Shown in pieces: positions 36,297 to 45,854 of a stretch of 64,000 nucleotides of DNA. Each line of letters opens with the position of its first letter. Position 1 is the first letter of the stretch. Source of the stretch: Gemmatimonadota bacterium (GTDB lineage: Bacteria > Gemmatimonadota > Gemmatimonadetes > Longimicrobiales > Longimicrobiaceae). Made by a program: the position numbers and the translations under genes. The DNA lies in contig JAIRKD010000086.1 in the NCBI GenBank assembly GCA_031260285.1, positions 4,779 through 68,778 of the forward strand. Reading direction: 5' to 3'. The notes below the pieces were generated by a model. It did no database searches. It was not told the origin of the DNA and was given only the letters and a program-made list of their open reading frames with translations.

Positions 36297-37205
36297 TTGC
36301 TTCGGGCGCTGCTGCTTGCTGTTGCGGCCGTTGTACTGATCCCTGACTCTGCGTGGGCGTGGGGGCCGGCCACTCATGTCTATCTGGGAACGGAGGTGCT
36401 CCGTTCCCTCGTGCTGCTGCCACCCGCCATCCGGGCACTGCTGGGTGCCTTCCCGAAAGATTTCCTCTACGGGTCGGTCGCGGCGGATATCTCGCTCGCC
36501 AAGAAGTACGTTCCCGAGGGAAGGCACTGCCATAACTGGCATATCGGTGAGGAGATCCTGGCCACCGCCGAGACCGACCGGCTGCGGGCCGTTGGCTATG
36601 GATACCTCTCCCACCTCGCGGCGGATACGGTTGCGCACAATCTGTTTGTTCCCCGTCAGCTGCTCCTGACCTCATCCAGCAAGGCACTCGGGCATTCATA
36701 CTGGGAACACCGGATGGATGTGCAGCTCGGCGAACGGTTCACCCGAGTCGCGCGGGATGTGGTCATGGACCACGACCACTCCGCCGCGGACGCGCTCTTC
36801 GACCGGGTTCTCTCCGCAACGCTTTTCTCCTTCCAGACCAACCGCCGGATCTTCCGGGGGATGATCCGCTTTCAGGATAACGATCGCTGGCAGTCGATTT
36901 TCGGGACGATCCGGCAGAACTCCCGCTGGTCGCTCAGTGAGAGCGCCATACACGACTATACCGCGCTTTCCTTCGATTACATCATCGACTACCTGAACCG
37001 GCGGGGCTCCGCGATTCCGGCGGGGATGGACCCGATCGGTGACCAGAACCTCAGCATCTCCAAACGGGTCCGGCGTATGGCAATCAACGAGGGGAAACTG
37101 AACTCTCCCCGGCTGATGGAGGAGATGGCGGACAACTTCTTCCCTCTCCCGGAAAAGCCTTTCAACTACCTGGCCCGTCCGCGGGTTGAGCGCGAAGCAA
37201 GCTGA
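36297..37205 (+). CDS. Zinc-dependent phospholipase C / S1-P1 nuclease-like family protein (secreted)
   Basis: Signal peptide MLRALLLAVAAVVLIPDSAWA followed by WGPATHVYLG (the W-x-x-x-H start of mature PLC-like zinc enzymes). Further His/Asp clusters (HCHNWH, SHLAADTVAHN). Confidence 0.6.
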   Translation: MLRALLLAVAAVVLIPDSAWAWGPATHVYLGTEVLRSLVLLPPAIRALLGAFPKDFLYGSVAADISLAKKYVPEGRHCHNWHIGEEILATAETDRLRAVGYGYLSHLAADTVAHNLFVPRQLLLTSSSKALGHSYWEHRMDVQLGERFTRVARDVVMDHDHSAADALFDRVLSATLFSFQTNRRIFRGMIRFQDNDRWQSIFGTIRQNSRWSLSESAIHDYTALSFDYIIDYLNRRGSAIPAGMDPIGDQNLSISKRVRRMAINEGKLNSPRLMEEMADNFFPLPEKPFNYLARPRVEREAS

Positions 37206-37336
37206 GACTGACGGAGATCCAGGTCGGACGAAGAGCGGGGCGGATAAAGGTCAGAAGCGGGCAGAAGGGATGGAAGGGAAGGCACGGAAGACAATTGAAC
37301 CGGTGGCCGGAACAGCGGACGGTTCCCCCGGACAGA

Positions 37337-37386
37337 AAGAAGCTCCGCGACCGGCACCTGGCCTGGTCGCGGATCTTCTTTTTTTG
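37337..37386. terminator. Bidirectional rho-independent terminator between convergent PLC-like gene and gatB
   Basis: AAGAAGCTCCGCGACC...GGTCGCGGATCTTCTT stem followed by TTTTTTGG on the plus strand. The minus strand reads the same stem followed by TTTCTGTCC. Confidence 0.8.
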
Positions 37387-37404
37387 GATTCCGGCGGAAA
37401 AGAG

Positions 37405-38847
37405 CTAGCTCAGACGACTCTTCAGCAGTGATGCCAGCTCCCGGGGATCCGCCTTCCCGCCGGAGAGCTTCATCACCTGCCCGACAAAGAAACCCATGAG
37501 TTTTGCTTCGCCACCACGAATCCGCTCAACGGCGTCGGGGTTGGCGGAGATCACCTGATCCACCCAGCCCTCCAGGGCGCCCTGATCGCTCACCTGTGCC
37601 AGACCGCGCTCCTCGACGATCTGCTCCGCCGGGCGGCCGGTTTCCAGCATCTCGGCAAACACCTGCCGGGCGATGGGCCGCGAGATCCGTCCCTGGTTCT
37701 GCAGAACAATCACGCCGGCAAGAAGCCCGGGAGTCACACGGAGTGACGCAAGGTCACCCGCCTCATCAGACTTCACCGCCTTGAGCACCTCACCCAGAGT
37801 CCAGCTGGCTGCATCCGCCGAAGGAGCTCCAGCCTTGACGGTAGCCTCGTAGTAGTCAGCAAGATCCCTGGTCGCTGTGAGGTACTCCGCATGTTCCCGG
37901 GCGAGACCGAAGTCCGCCTGGAAACGGGCAACCCGGTCCCAGGGCATTTCCGGAATGGAGACAGCGATTTCCGCGAGCCAGTCGTCCGGAATCTCCACAA
38001 CCGGCAGGTCGGGATCGGGGAAGTACCGGTAGTCGTGACTTTCCTCCTTCCCGCGCATCGAGCGGGCCTCACCACGGTTTGCATCCCAGAGAAGCGTTTC
38101 GGGGTAGACGCTGCCGCCCTCGCTGACCAGCCGCCGCTGACGGGCGATCTCGTATTCAATCGCCCGCTCGACGTTGCTGAAGGAGTTCATGTTCTTGACC
38201 TCCGTCTTTGTGCCCAGCGGATCGCCAGGCCGGCGGACGGAGACGTTTGCGTCAACCCGGAGGCTTCCCTCCTCCATGTTGAGGTCGCTCACATCCAGGT
38301 ATTCAAGCGCCTGGCGCAGGCGGACCAGGAAATCGCGAGCATCAGCCGCTGAACTCAGATCGGGCTCGGTGACGATCTCGATGAGGGGCACACCTGTACG
38401 GTTCAGATCCACCGCGGTGGCACGGTCGATCCGGTCGTGCAGCGACTTGCCGGCATCCTCCTCCAGGTGAATCCGCCGGATCCGGACCGGTTCCGTCATG
38501 GCGGGAAGCTCGATGTAGCCGCCGGTCGCAAACGGCTCCTCGAACTGGGAGATCTGGTATCCCTTCGGGAGGTCCGGATAAAAATAGTTCTTCCGGGCAA
38601 AGACCGACCGCTCATGAACGGAACAGTGCAGGCCCAGCGCCGCCCGCACGCCGAGGGCGATGGCTTCACGGTTGAGGACCGGCAGCGCACCGGGAAGCCC
38701 GAGGCAGACCGGGCAGGTATGGGTGTTCGGCTCTGCACCGAACTCGTTCAGGTTGCCGCAGAACAGCTTGGTACGGGTCTTCAGCTGAACGTGGATCTCC
38801 AGCCCGATCACCGGTTCCAGCCCGGTGAGTACCATAGTATCACTCAT
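37405..38847 (-). CDS. gatB: Asp-tRNA(Asn)/Glu-tRNA(Gln) amidotransferase subunit B
   Basis: 480 aa with GatB motifs (VIGLEIHVQL, DANVSVR, NMNSF) and a YqeY-like C-terminus. ATGA overlap with gatA. Confidence 0.95.
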   Translation of the reverse strand: MSDTMVLTGLEPVIGLEIHVQLKTRTKLFCGNLNEFGAEPNTHTCPVCLGLPGALPVLNREAIALGVRAALGLHCSVHERSVFARKNYFYPDLPKGYQISQFEEPFATGGYIELPAMTEPVRIRRIHLEEDAGKSLHDRIDRATAVDLNRTGVPLIEIVTEPDLSSAADARDFLVRLRQALEYLDVSDLNMEEGSLRVDANVSVRRPGDPLGTKTEVKNMNSFSNVERAIEYEIARQRRLVSEGGSVYPETLLWDANRGEARSMRGKEESHDYRYFPDPDLPVVEIPDDWLAEIAVSIPEMPWDRVARFQADFGLAREHAEYLTATRDLADYYEATVKAGAPSADAASWTLGEVLKAVKSDEAGDLASLRVTPGLLAGVIVLQNQGRISRPIARQVFAEMLETGRPAEQIVEERGLAQVSDQGALEGWVDQVISANPDAVERIRGGEAKLMGFFVGQVMKLSGGKADPRELASLLKSRLS

Positions 38848-40304
38848 CGGCCGGTCTCCTGGTTCACCAGAGGTGCAGCAGCAAAAGATGGATCCGAGGC
38901 CAACTCACGCTCCAGCGCCCGGGCGGCGTTTACAAGCAGAGGTTCGCTCCAGCGGGGGCCCATCAGCTGGCCGCCGACAGGAAGCCCGTCCACCCGGCCG
39001 ATCGGAAGGGAAAGCGCCGGAATTCCCGCCAGGTTTGCGGTAACCGTAAAGACATCGGAGAGGTACATCTCAAATGGATCATCCAGCCGTTCACCCAGCC
39101 GGAACGCCGTTGTCGGCGCGGTGGGGGTGAAGATGAGATCCACTCCCGAGGCAAAAACCCAGTCGAAGTCGCGCACAATCAGACCGCGAACCCGCTGCGC
39201 GCGACCGTAATAGGCGTCGTAATAACCAGCGGAAAGCGCGTAGGTACCCAGCATGATCCGCCGCTTCACCTCCGGCCCGAAGAGGGCGCGGGTCCGCTCG
39301 TAGAGCTCGGTCGCTCCCTTCACATCCGGCGGCCGTACGCCGTAGCGGACACCGTCATAACGCGAGAGGTTCGACGACGCCTCCGCCGGTGCGATGATGT
39401 AGTATGCCGGAATAGCGTACCGTGTAGACGGCAGCGAGACCTCGCGGATCTCCGCGCCACGGTCTTCCATAAGACGCAGCGCAGCCCGGCAGTTCGCCGC
39501 GATTCCGGGGTTCAGAGAGTCGGGGAAGTATTCGCTCGGTACTCCGATCACCAGCCCCTCCAGCGAGCCGGTTCCCTCCAGAGAGGGCGGTTCACGCAGA
39601 GCACTGGTTGAGTCGCGCGGGTCATGGCCGGAAACGACCTGGAGGCCAAGCGCCGCATCATCCACTGTCCTGCCGACAACGCCGATATGGTCGAGCGACG
39701 AGGCGTACGCGACAAGACCGTAACGCGAGACCCGGCCGTAGGTGGGCTTGATGCCAACCACCCCGCAGAACGCCGCCGGCTGCCGGACCGACCCGCCGGT
39801 TTCCGAGCCGAGTGCAATCGGAACAACCCCCGCCGCAACCGCCGCCGCTGAACCGCCGGAGCTGCCGCCGGGCACCCGCGACCGGTCAACCGGGTTCCGG
39901 GTTGGCCCGTACGCCGAGAACTCCGTTGAGGAGCCCATCCCGAACTCGTCGAGGTTTGTCTTCCCGATCACAACTGCGCCTGCCGCGCGGAGACGGGTCA
40001 CCGCCGTGGCGTCAAAGGGCGACTGATATCCTTCGAGGATCCGGGAACCACAGGTTGTCGGGAAGTCGATCGTGACGATGTTGTCCTTCACGGCAACCGG
40101 CACACCCGTCAACGGACCCGGGCGGAGTTCCGCGCCGGCGGAGCGGTTGATATCGACCGAGAGGAAGGCATTGATCGGCTCCGGACCCTGATCCGCCTCC
40201 GCCAGCGCCGCGGCTGACTGGCCGAGGATATCCGTAACCGCGACATCCCCCGCCTGCACCGCTGCCGCGATCTCCCGGGCGGACCGGTATGCGCGCGGGC
40301 TCAT
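38844..40304 (-). CDS. gatA: Asp-tRNA(Asn)/Glu-tRNA(Gln) amidotransferase subunit A
   Basis: 486 aa with the amidase signature GGSSGGSAAAVAAG. ATGA overlap with gatC. Confidence 0.95.
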   Translation of the reverse strand: MSPRAYRSAREIAAAVQAGDVAVTDILGQSAAALAEADQGPEPINAFLSVDINRSAGAELRPGPLTGVPVAVKDNIVTIDFPTTCGSRILEGYQSPFDATAVTRLRAAGAVVIGKTNLDEFGMGSSTEFSAYGPTRNPVDRSRVPGGSSGGSAAAVAAGVVPIALGSETGGSVRQPAAFCGVVGIKPTYGRVSRYGLVAYASSLDHIGVVGRTVDDAALGLQVVSGHDPRDSTSALREPPSLEGTGSLEGLVIGVPSEYFPDSLNPGIAANCRAALRLMEDRGAEIREVSLPSTRYAIPAYYIIAPAEASSNLSRYDGVRYGVRPPDVKGATELYERTRALFGPEVKRRIMLGTYALSAGYYDAYYGRAQRVRGLIVRDFDWVFASGVDLIFTPTAPTTAFRLGERLDDPFEMYLSDVFTVTANLAGIPALSLPIGRVDGLPVGGQLMGPRWSEPLLVNAARALERELASDPSFAAAPLVNQETGR

Positions 40305-40624
40305 GCTGCCCCTCCGCCGGGGAGTGCGTCCGCATCAAGCGCCGCAAGTCTGGGCACTGTGAAAAACCCTTCGTTGAAGGAGGGCGCGACTTCGGAGAGA
40401 GGCCGCCGGAGCGGATCCGCACCCGGCTCATCCGCGCGCATCGGTGCGGGATGCTCACTCGCGCCAACCACGGGAAGGACGTCCTCCGTCTCCGCGGCGC
40501 TCAGGGCTTCCACATGCTCCAGAATCGACTCGAGGTCCTTCACCATCGTGTCGATTTCCTCATCTCCCAACCGGAGCCGCGCCAGTGTGGCGATCTGCTC
40601 GATCTTCTTCCGTTCGATCTTCAT
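40301..40624 (-). CDS. gatC: Asp-tRNA(Asn)/Glu-tRNA(Gln) amidotransferase subunit C
   Basis: Start set at ATG 40624 (MKIERKKIEQIATLARLRLGDEE...). Typical GatC N-terminus and size (~107 aa). Confidence 0.88.
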   Translation of the reverse strand: MKIERKKIEQIATLARLRLGDEEIDTMVKDLESILEHVEALSAAETEDVLPVVGASEHPAPMRADEPGADPLRRPLSEVAPSFNEGFFTVPRLAALDADALPGGGAA

Positions 40625-40836
40625 CGTCCTCTGGAGGATCATTCTGTGTCTCGCCGATTACAGGCGACGACCATCGCGAAGAGGTTCCACTGCAACAAGT
40701 CACGGAAATCCGCGGATACCGACAGGAGCTCCGCGATTCTCCATCGTTTCCAGCTGTTTTTCAGTCAAGGTCTCCGCCTGTTGCAACCCTCCGGACACAG
40801 GAGGCCAGGGGGAACGCAGAACGGTTCTTCCATCAA

Positions 40837-43194
40837 CTACTCCCAGTCGGACTCCAGGTTCGCGTACCGGACCACAACCACTTTCCTCCCGACGGAATCA
40901 AACTGGATCGCTGCGCGCACATCGTTCCCGAAGCCCGAGAGTTCGAGCACCGTACCCGCTCCGAACTGGGGGTGCCGTACACGAGCCCCCTTCACCAGAC
41001 GCACGGAATCCTGGGAGTCGGAGTAGTCTACGACCCGCCCGGAAGTCTGCGCGATCCCGCTGTCACCTCCGCCATCATCCAGACCCAGGCGGGATCGCCG
41101 GGTAGCGCTGCTGAACCGCGCTGTTTCGCCGGATACGGGTGAGGCGAACCGGGCTGTTGAGGAACCGCCGGTCTGACGGGTCCGGCGGACATCCAGCAGA
41201 TCCCGGGAGATCGACTCAAGGAATCCGGAGGGAACTGAATCGAGCCACTCCCCACCCCGCCGCCTGCGGCGAGCGCTGGTAAGGTAGAGTTTACGCTCCG
41301 CGCGGGTGATTCCCACATAGAAAAGCCGGCGTTCCTCTTCCAGCTCCTCCGGGGTATCGCGGGTCCGGGCGAGGGGGAAGAGTCCATCCTCAAGACCTGC
41401 GAGAAACACAGTCGGGAATTCGAGGCCCTTCGCATTATGCATCGTCATCAGCGTTGAGACCGCCGCATCCGGGTCTTTCTGGTCGATATCCGTGACCAGA
41501 GCAACATGGGCCAGGAAGAGATCCAGCGGCTGGACACCGGTCTCACTCTCCGCCTCTTCCAGAGCGCGCACCATCTCGGGGTCGCCAGCTTCCGCCCGCG
41601 CCTGCAGGTCGCTCGCGGAGGAGATCAGCTCCTCAACGTTGGCGATCCGGTCCTGTCCCTCAAGACCTTCTTCCAGCAGTGCTTCGCGAAAAGCCGTTGT
41701 CTCAACCAGTTCCCGGAGCAGTTCGTCCACAGGCATACCCGCATCCGCGGAAAACGCAAACCGCCGGATCATGGCGGCAAACCGGGTCAGCGAAGTTGAG
41801 GCCGCCCCTCTCAGCGTGGAGATCTCATCTGCCCGTTCCGCGGCTGCAAGCAGAGTCAGCCGGGTTTCCCGCCCATATTCCGCGAGCCGGATCAGAGAAG
41901 TTTCGCCGATCCCCCGCTTCGGGAAGTTCGCTACGCGCAGAAACGACTCATTATCCGCCGGATTCGCAATCAGCCGGAGGTAGCCGAGTATGTCCTTGAC
42001 CTCGCGTCGCTCGTAGAAGCGCTGGCCTCCCACAATCCGATAAGGGATCCCCTCCCGCCGGAACGCCTCTTCCAGGGCGCGCGACTGGGCGTTGGTTCGG
42101 TACAGAACCGCAAAATCCCGCGGAGATGAGTCAGAATCTGCTGAAAGACGCTTCCGGATCTCACCGGCGATCCACCCGGCTTCATCCGCCTCATCCGCGG
42201 CTTCAACCAGGGTGATCGACTCCCCGGGCCCGTTGGCGGTCCGAAGGGTTTTCCCCTTCCGCCGGAGGTTCTTCGAGATCACCTGGTTGGCAGCTTCAAG
42301 GATCCGCTGGGTGGAGCGGTAGTTCTCCTCCAGCCTTACGATCCCTGAATCGGGGAAGTCCTTCTCGAAGTCGAGGATGTTGCGGATGTTCGCCCCCCGC
42401 CATCCGTAGATCGACTGGTCGTCGTCACCCACCACAAAGAGGTTGCCACCCTGTGTAACACTCTCGCTGCCCGGCTCCGATGGCCCCGCGATCAGGCGGA
42501 GGAATTCGTACTGCGCGTGGTTGGTATCCTGGTACTCGTCAACCAGAACAAATTTGAACCGGCTCCGGTAGCGTTCCCGCAGATCCGGGAACTTCCGCAG
42601 CAGCTCAACCGGGCGCACCAGCAGGTCATCAAAGTCAAATGCATTTGCATCACGGAGCGCCTGGTCATACCGCTCATAGACCTGCGCGGCGGCCTTCGCG
42701 ATCGGATCAAAAGCCCGATCCTGGAACTCCGCCGGACCCACCAGCTCGTTTTTCGCGGAGGAGATCATCGATCGGATCGATCGGATCGTCCCGGGCTTCG
42801 GGTCCAGCTGCAGCTCGTCCTTCAGGATCCGTTTGACCAGCCGTTCCGAATCATCCGCGTCGTAGATCAGGAAGCCGGGCGTCCAACCCAGGCGGGATGC
42901 ATCCCGCCGCAGCATGCGCGCGCCGATTGCGTGGAAGGTACCGATCCACATCCCCGCCGGATCGCGACCCAGCAGCGCCCGCACCCGATCCCGCATCTCG
43001 GCAGCCGCTTTGTTGGTGAACGTCAGCGACAGAATCGATCCGGGGTCAACCCCATACTCTTCGATCAGATGAGCGATGCGCGAGGTGAGCACGCGCGTTT
43101 TCCCGGATCCCGCACCGGCAAGAACGAGAAGCGGGCCCTCGAAGTGTTCCGCCGCAGAGCGTTGCTCGGGGTTCAACTTTTCCAGATACGACAT
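40837..43194 (-). CDS. uvrD: ATP-dependent DNA helicase, UvrD/PcrA family (SF1)
   Basis: 785 aa. Walker A AGAGSGKTRVLT, plus VDEYQDTN, TFHA, MHNAKGLEF and YVGITRA motifs. Confidence 0.93.
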   Translation of the reverse strand: MSYLEKLNPEQRSAAEHFEGPLLVLAGAGSGKTRVLTSRIAHLIEEYGVDPGSILSLTFTNKAAAEMRDRVRALLGRDPAGMWIGTFHAIGARMLRRDASRLGWTPGFLIYDADDSERLVKRILKDELQLDPKPGTIRSIRSMISSAKNELVGPAEFQDRAFDPIAKAAAQVYERYDQALRDANAFDFDDLLVRPVELLRKFPDLRERYRSRFKFVLVDEYQDTNHAQYEFLRLIAGPSEPGSESVTQGGNLFVVGDDDQSIYGWRGANIRNILDFEKDFPDSGIVRLEENYRSTQRILEAANQVISKNLRRKGKTLRTANGPGESITLVEAADEADEAGWIAGEIRKRLSADSDSSPRDFAVLYRTNAQSRALEEAFRREGIPYRIVGGQRFYERREVKDILGYLRLIANPADNESFLRVANFPKRGIGETSLIRLAEYGRETRLTLLAAAERADEISTLRGAASTSLTRFAAMIRRFAFSADAGMPVDELLRELVETTAFREALLEEGLEGQDRIANVEELISSASDLQARAEAGDPEMVRALEEAESETGVQPLDLFLAHVALVTDIDQKDPDAAVSTLMTMHNAKGLEFPTVFLAGLEDGLFPLARTRDTPEELEEERRLFYVGITRAERKLYLTSARRRRRGGEWLDSVPSGFLESISRDLLDVRRTRQTGGSSTARFASPVSGETARFSSATRRSRLGLDDGGGDSGIAQTSGRVVDYSDSQDSVRLVKGARVRHPQFGAGTVLELSGFGNDVRAAIQFDSVGRKVVVVRYANLESDWE

Positions 43195-43207
43195 TCTTCA
43201 GACGCGG

Positions 43208-44392
43208 TCAGGCAGCAGACGGATAAACAGGAAGTTCCACAAGGAAGGTAGCTCCTTCCGTCACCGGAAGCAGCGCAAGTCGACCGCGATGTACATCTTC
43301 CACGATCCTCCGGGAGAGTGACAGGCCCACACCCCACCCGCCTTTTTTGGTGGTCACACCCGGATCAAAAAGAGTGGATCGAACGCCGGGAGCGACCCCC
43401 GGGCCGTTGTCTTCGATGCGGATCCCCACCATCCGCTCGCTCTCACGGCAGGCACTGATCACGATCCGGCCGTCCGACCCCGCCAGGGCATCCAGCGCGT
43501 TCTTGATCAGATTCTCCAGTGCCCACTCCAGCAGCACCGCGTTCCCCCGTACGGGAGGCAGGCCCTCCGGCACGTCCACAGAGAGCTCCACGTTCTGGGA
43601 GAACTGCGGCATCCGGACGCGGACATAGCGCTCCAGAGTGCGCAGGATATCCCGGACCTCCACCGGCTCCCAGCGCACCGGCCGGCCGATCCATTCGAAG
43701 CGTCGGGAAACCTTCTCCAGCCGTTCCAGATCCGCTTCCATCTCCGCCGCAACCGCCGGCAGAGAGGCAAGTTCATCCCGCTCTTCGGAAGGAAGCCGGA
43801 GAATCTCCACCCAGCCGGTCAGCGAGGAAAGCGGGGTCGCCATCTGGTGCGCGGATTCGCGCGCCATTGTCGCGAAGATCCGCTCCCGCTCCACTTTCTG
43901 ATTGTGCCGGACCATGATCGCCGCTGCAACCAGCAGGCAGGTGAGAGCACCCACCTGCAGCCAGGGGACCCAGCGAAGCCGCTCCACGATCGGCGGGTCT
44001 CCGATGTATACCGTGCCCAGGCCCGGCTCGATGATCGGCGGGTTCCGGCGCTCCAGCTCACGGATGTACCCGTTGATGCGGGGATAATCCTGGGGGTTGT
44101 TCGGATCAGCGACAAAAGGCAGGTTCGCGCTTGCGGAGGGCACCCCGTCAGCATCCACCACCAGGACAGGGATCCCCAGGCTCTGGACCTGAACGATCAG
44201 CCCGAGCAGCGTCCGTTCCGCCGCGCCGTCACGGGGGTCCTGCAGACCGGAGATGATCTGCAGATAGATCCGGGACTGGACGAATGCCTCCCGCCGCATC
44301 TCCCGGACCAGGAGCTCCGTATACAGCAGGTACCAACCGAGGACAACCGCGGCCAGGACAGCAAGAGCGGTTGGCCAGTGGCGGTTGAGCAT
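43208..44392 (-). CDS. Sensor histidine kinase (two TM helices, periplasmic loop, HisKA + HATPase_c)
   Basis: 394 aa. H-box ARESAHQMATPLSSL, N-box LENLIKNALDA, G1 IEDNGPGV, G2 GWGVGLSLSRRIV. Starts 6 nt after the serS stop and ends 13 nt before the uvrD start. Confidence 0.88.
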   Translation of the reverse strand: MLNRHWPTALAVLAAVVLGWYLLYTELLVREMRREAFVQSRIYLQIISGLQDPRDGAAERTLLGLIVQVQSLGIPVLVVDADGVPSASANLPFVADPNNPQDYPRINGYIRELERRNPPIIEPGLGTVYIGDPPIVERLRWVPWLQVGALTCLLVAAAIMVRHNQKVERERIFATMARESAHQMATPLSSLTGWVEILRLPSEERDELASLPAVAAEMEADLERLEKVSRRFEWIGRPVRWEPVEVRDILRTLERYVRVRMPQFSQNVELSVDVPEGLPPVRGNAVLLEWALENLIKNALDALAGSDGRIVISACRESERMVGIRIEDNGPGVAPGVRSTLFDPGVTTKKGGWGVGLSLSRRIVEDVHRGRLALLPVTEGATFLVELPVYPSAA

Positions 44393-44398
44393 GTCGAG

Positions 44399-45685
44399 CT
44401 ACCTCTGGAAGATGTCGGTCCCGACGTAGGGTCTGAGGACTTCCGGGACCACTACCGATCCGTCTGCCTGCTGTCCGTTCTCGATGATCGCCACAATGGT
44501 CCGTGGCAGCGCGACACCCGAAGCGTTCAGCGTATGCAGGAACTCCGGCTTTTCACCCGGAGCGGCCCGGAAGCGGATCCCCGCCCGGCGCGCCTGGAAA
44601 TCACCGCAGTTGGAGCTGCTGGAAACCTCCAGCCACCGGCCAACCCCCGGAGCCCAGACCTCAAGGTCATAGGTCTTCCGCGAGGAGAACCCGGTATCTC
44701 CACTCGCGAGAAGCAGCACCCGATAGGGCAGCCCGAGGAGCTGAAGCACACGTTCCGCATGGCCGGTCAGCTTCTCCAGCGCGGCGCCGGAGTCCGACGG
44801 ACGCTCGAAGCGTACCAGCTCGACCTTGTCAAACTGATGGACCCGCAGCAGACCGCGGGTATCCTTGCCCGCGGCCCCCGCCTCCCGCCGGAAACAGGGG
44901 GAATAGGCCACGTAGCTGATCGGCAGCCGCGCACCCTCAAGCAGTTCGTCCCGGTGGAAGTTGGTGACCGGCACCTCCGCGGTCGGGACCATGAAGAGCC
45001 CGTCCCGGCTGAGCTCGTAAGCGTCTCCGTCCTCCACAAACTTCGGATACTGGCCCGTCCCGAACATGGCGTCCTGGTTCACCATGAAGGGGGGAGACAC
45101 CTCCGTGTAACCATGTTCCTCGACGTGCAGATCAATCATCCAGTCGATCAGAGCCCGCCGGAGACGGGCACCCGGCCCACGGAACGCTACAAAACCGCTG
45201 CCGGCGACCTTTGCACCCATCGGCAGATCGATCAGACCCAGCTCGGGCCCGACCTCCCAGTGCGGACGCACCTCAAAATCCGGCTGCCTGGGTTCGCCCC
45301 AGCTCCGCACAACCGTATTCGACTCCTCACCCCCGACCGGAACGGAGGGATCCGGCAGGTTCGGGATCCGCTGAAGAAGGCCGTCGGACTCGGTCTCGAT
45401 CTCCCGAAGTTGATCATCAACCTCGCCGATCTGGCTGTTCACCACCCGCATCTCCTCAATTGCCTCATCCGAGGAGCGGCCTTCCTTCCGGGCAACACCC
45501 ACCGCACGGGAGACCTCGTTCCGGCGCGCGCGCAACCCATCCCCCTCCGCGATCAGTGCCCGCCGCTCAACGTCGATCTCCAGGATCCGGGTGATCGCTT
45601 CATCGTGAGCCTGCGCACCGCTACGCCCGGCCAGCGCCGCGCGGACTTCATCGGGATTCTGTCGGATCCAGCGGATATCCAGCAT
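44399..45685 (-). CDS. serS: Serine--tRNA ligase
   Basis: 428 aa. N-terminal coiled-coil arm (MLDIRWIRQNPDEV...) and class II aaRS motifs (FRREAG, GLPYRV, SSSNCGDFQARR). Confidence 0.95.
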   Translation of the reverse strand: MLDIRWIRQNPDEVRAALAGRSGAQAHDEAITRILEIDVERRALIAEGDGLRARRNEVSRAVGVARKEGRSSDEAIEEMRVVNSQIGEVDDQLREIETESDGLLQRIPNLPDPSVPVGGEESNTVVRSWGEPRQPDFEVRPHWEVGPELGLIDLPMGAKVAGSGFVAFRGPGARLRRALIDWMIDLHVEEHGYTEVSPPFMVNQDAMFGTGQYPKFVEDGDAYELSRDGLFMVPTAEVPVTNFHRDELLEGARLPISYVAYSPCFRREAGAAGKDTRGLLRVHQFDKVELVRFERPSDSGAALEKLTGHAERVLQLLGLPYRVLLLASGDTGFSSRKTYDLEVWAPGVGRWLEVSSSSNCGDFQARRAGIRFRAAPGEKPEFLHTLNASGVALPRTIVAIIENGQQADGSVVVPEVLRPYVGTDIFQR

Positions 45686-45854
45686 CGGGCGTTCCGGTCA
45701 TCGATCCACGCCAGCCGGGTGACACAGACGCACCCGGCCGGTCGAGGTTCTGAAAGACTGTTGAGAAAAGAGCTGCTGATCGCTGACAGCCATGTAATGA
45801 TCACTGTCCGGGCACCGTGGAAAGTGAACACTTCAGGCAACGCGCGGGAAGAAT

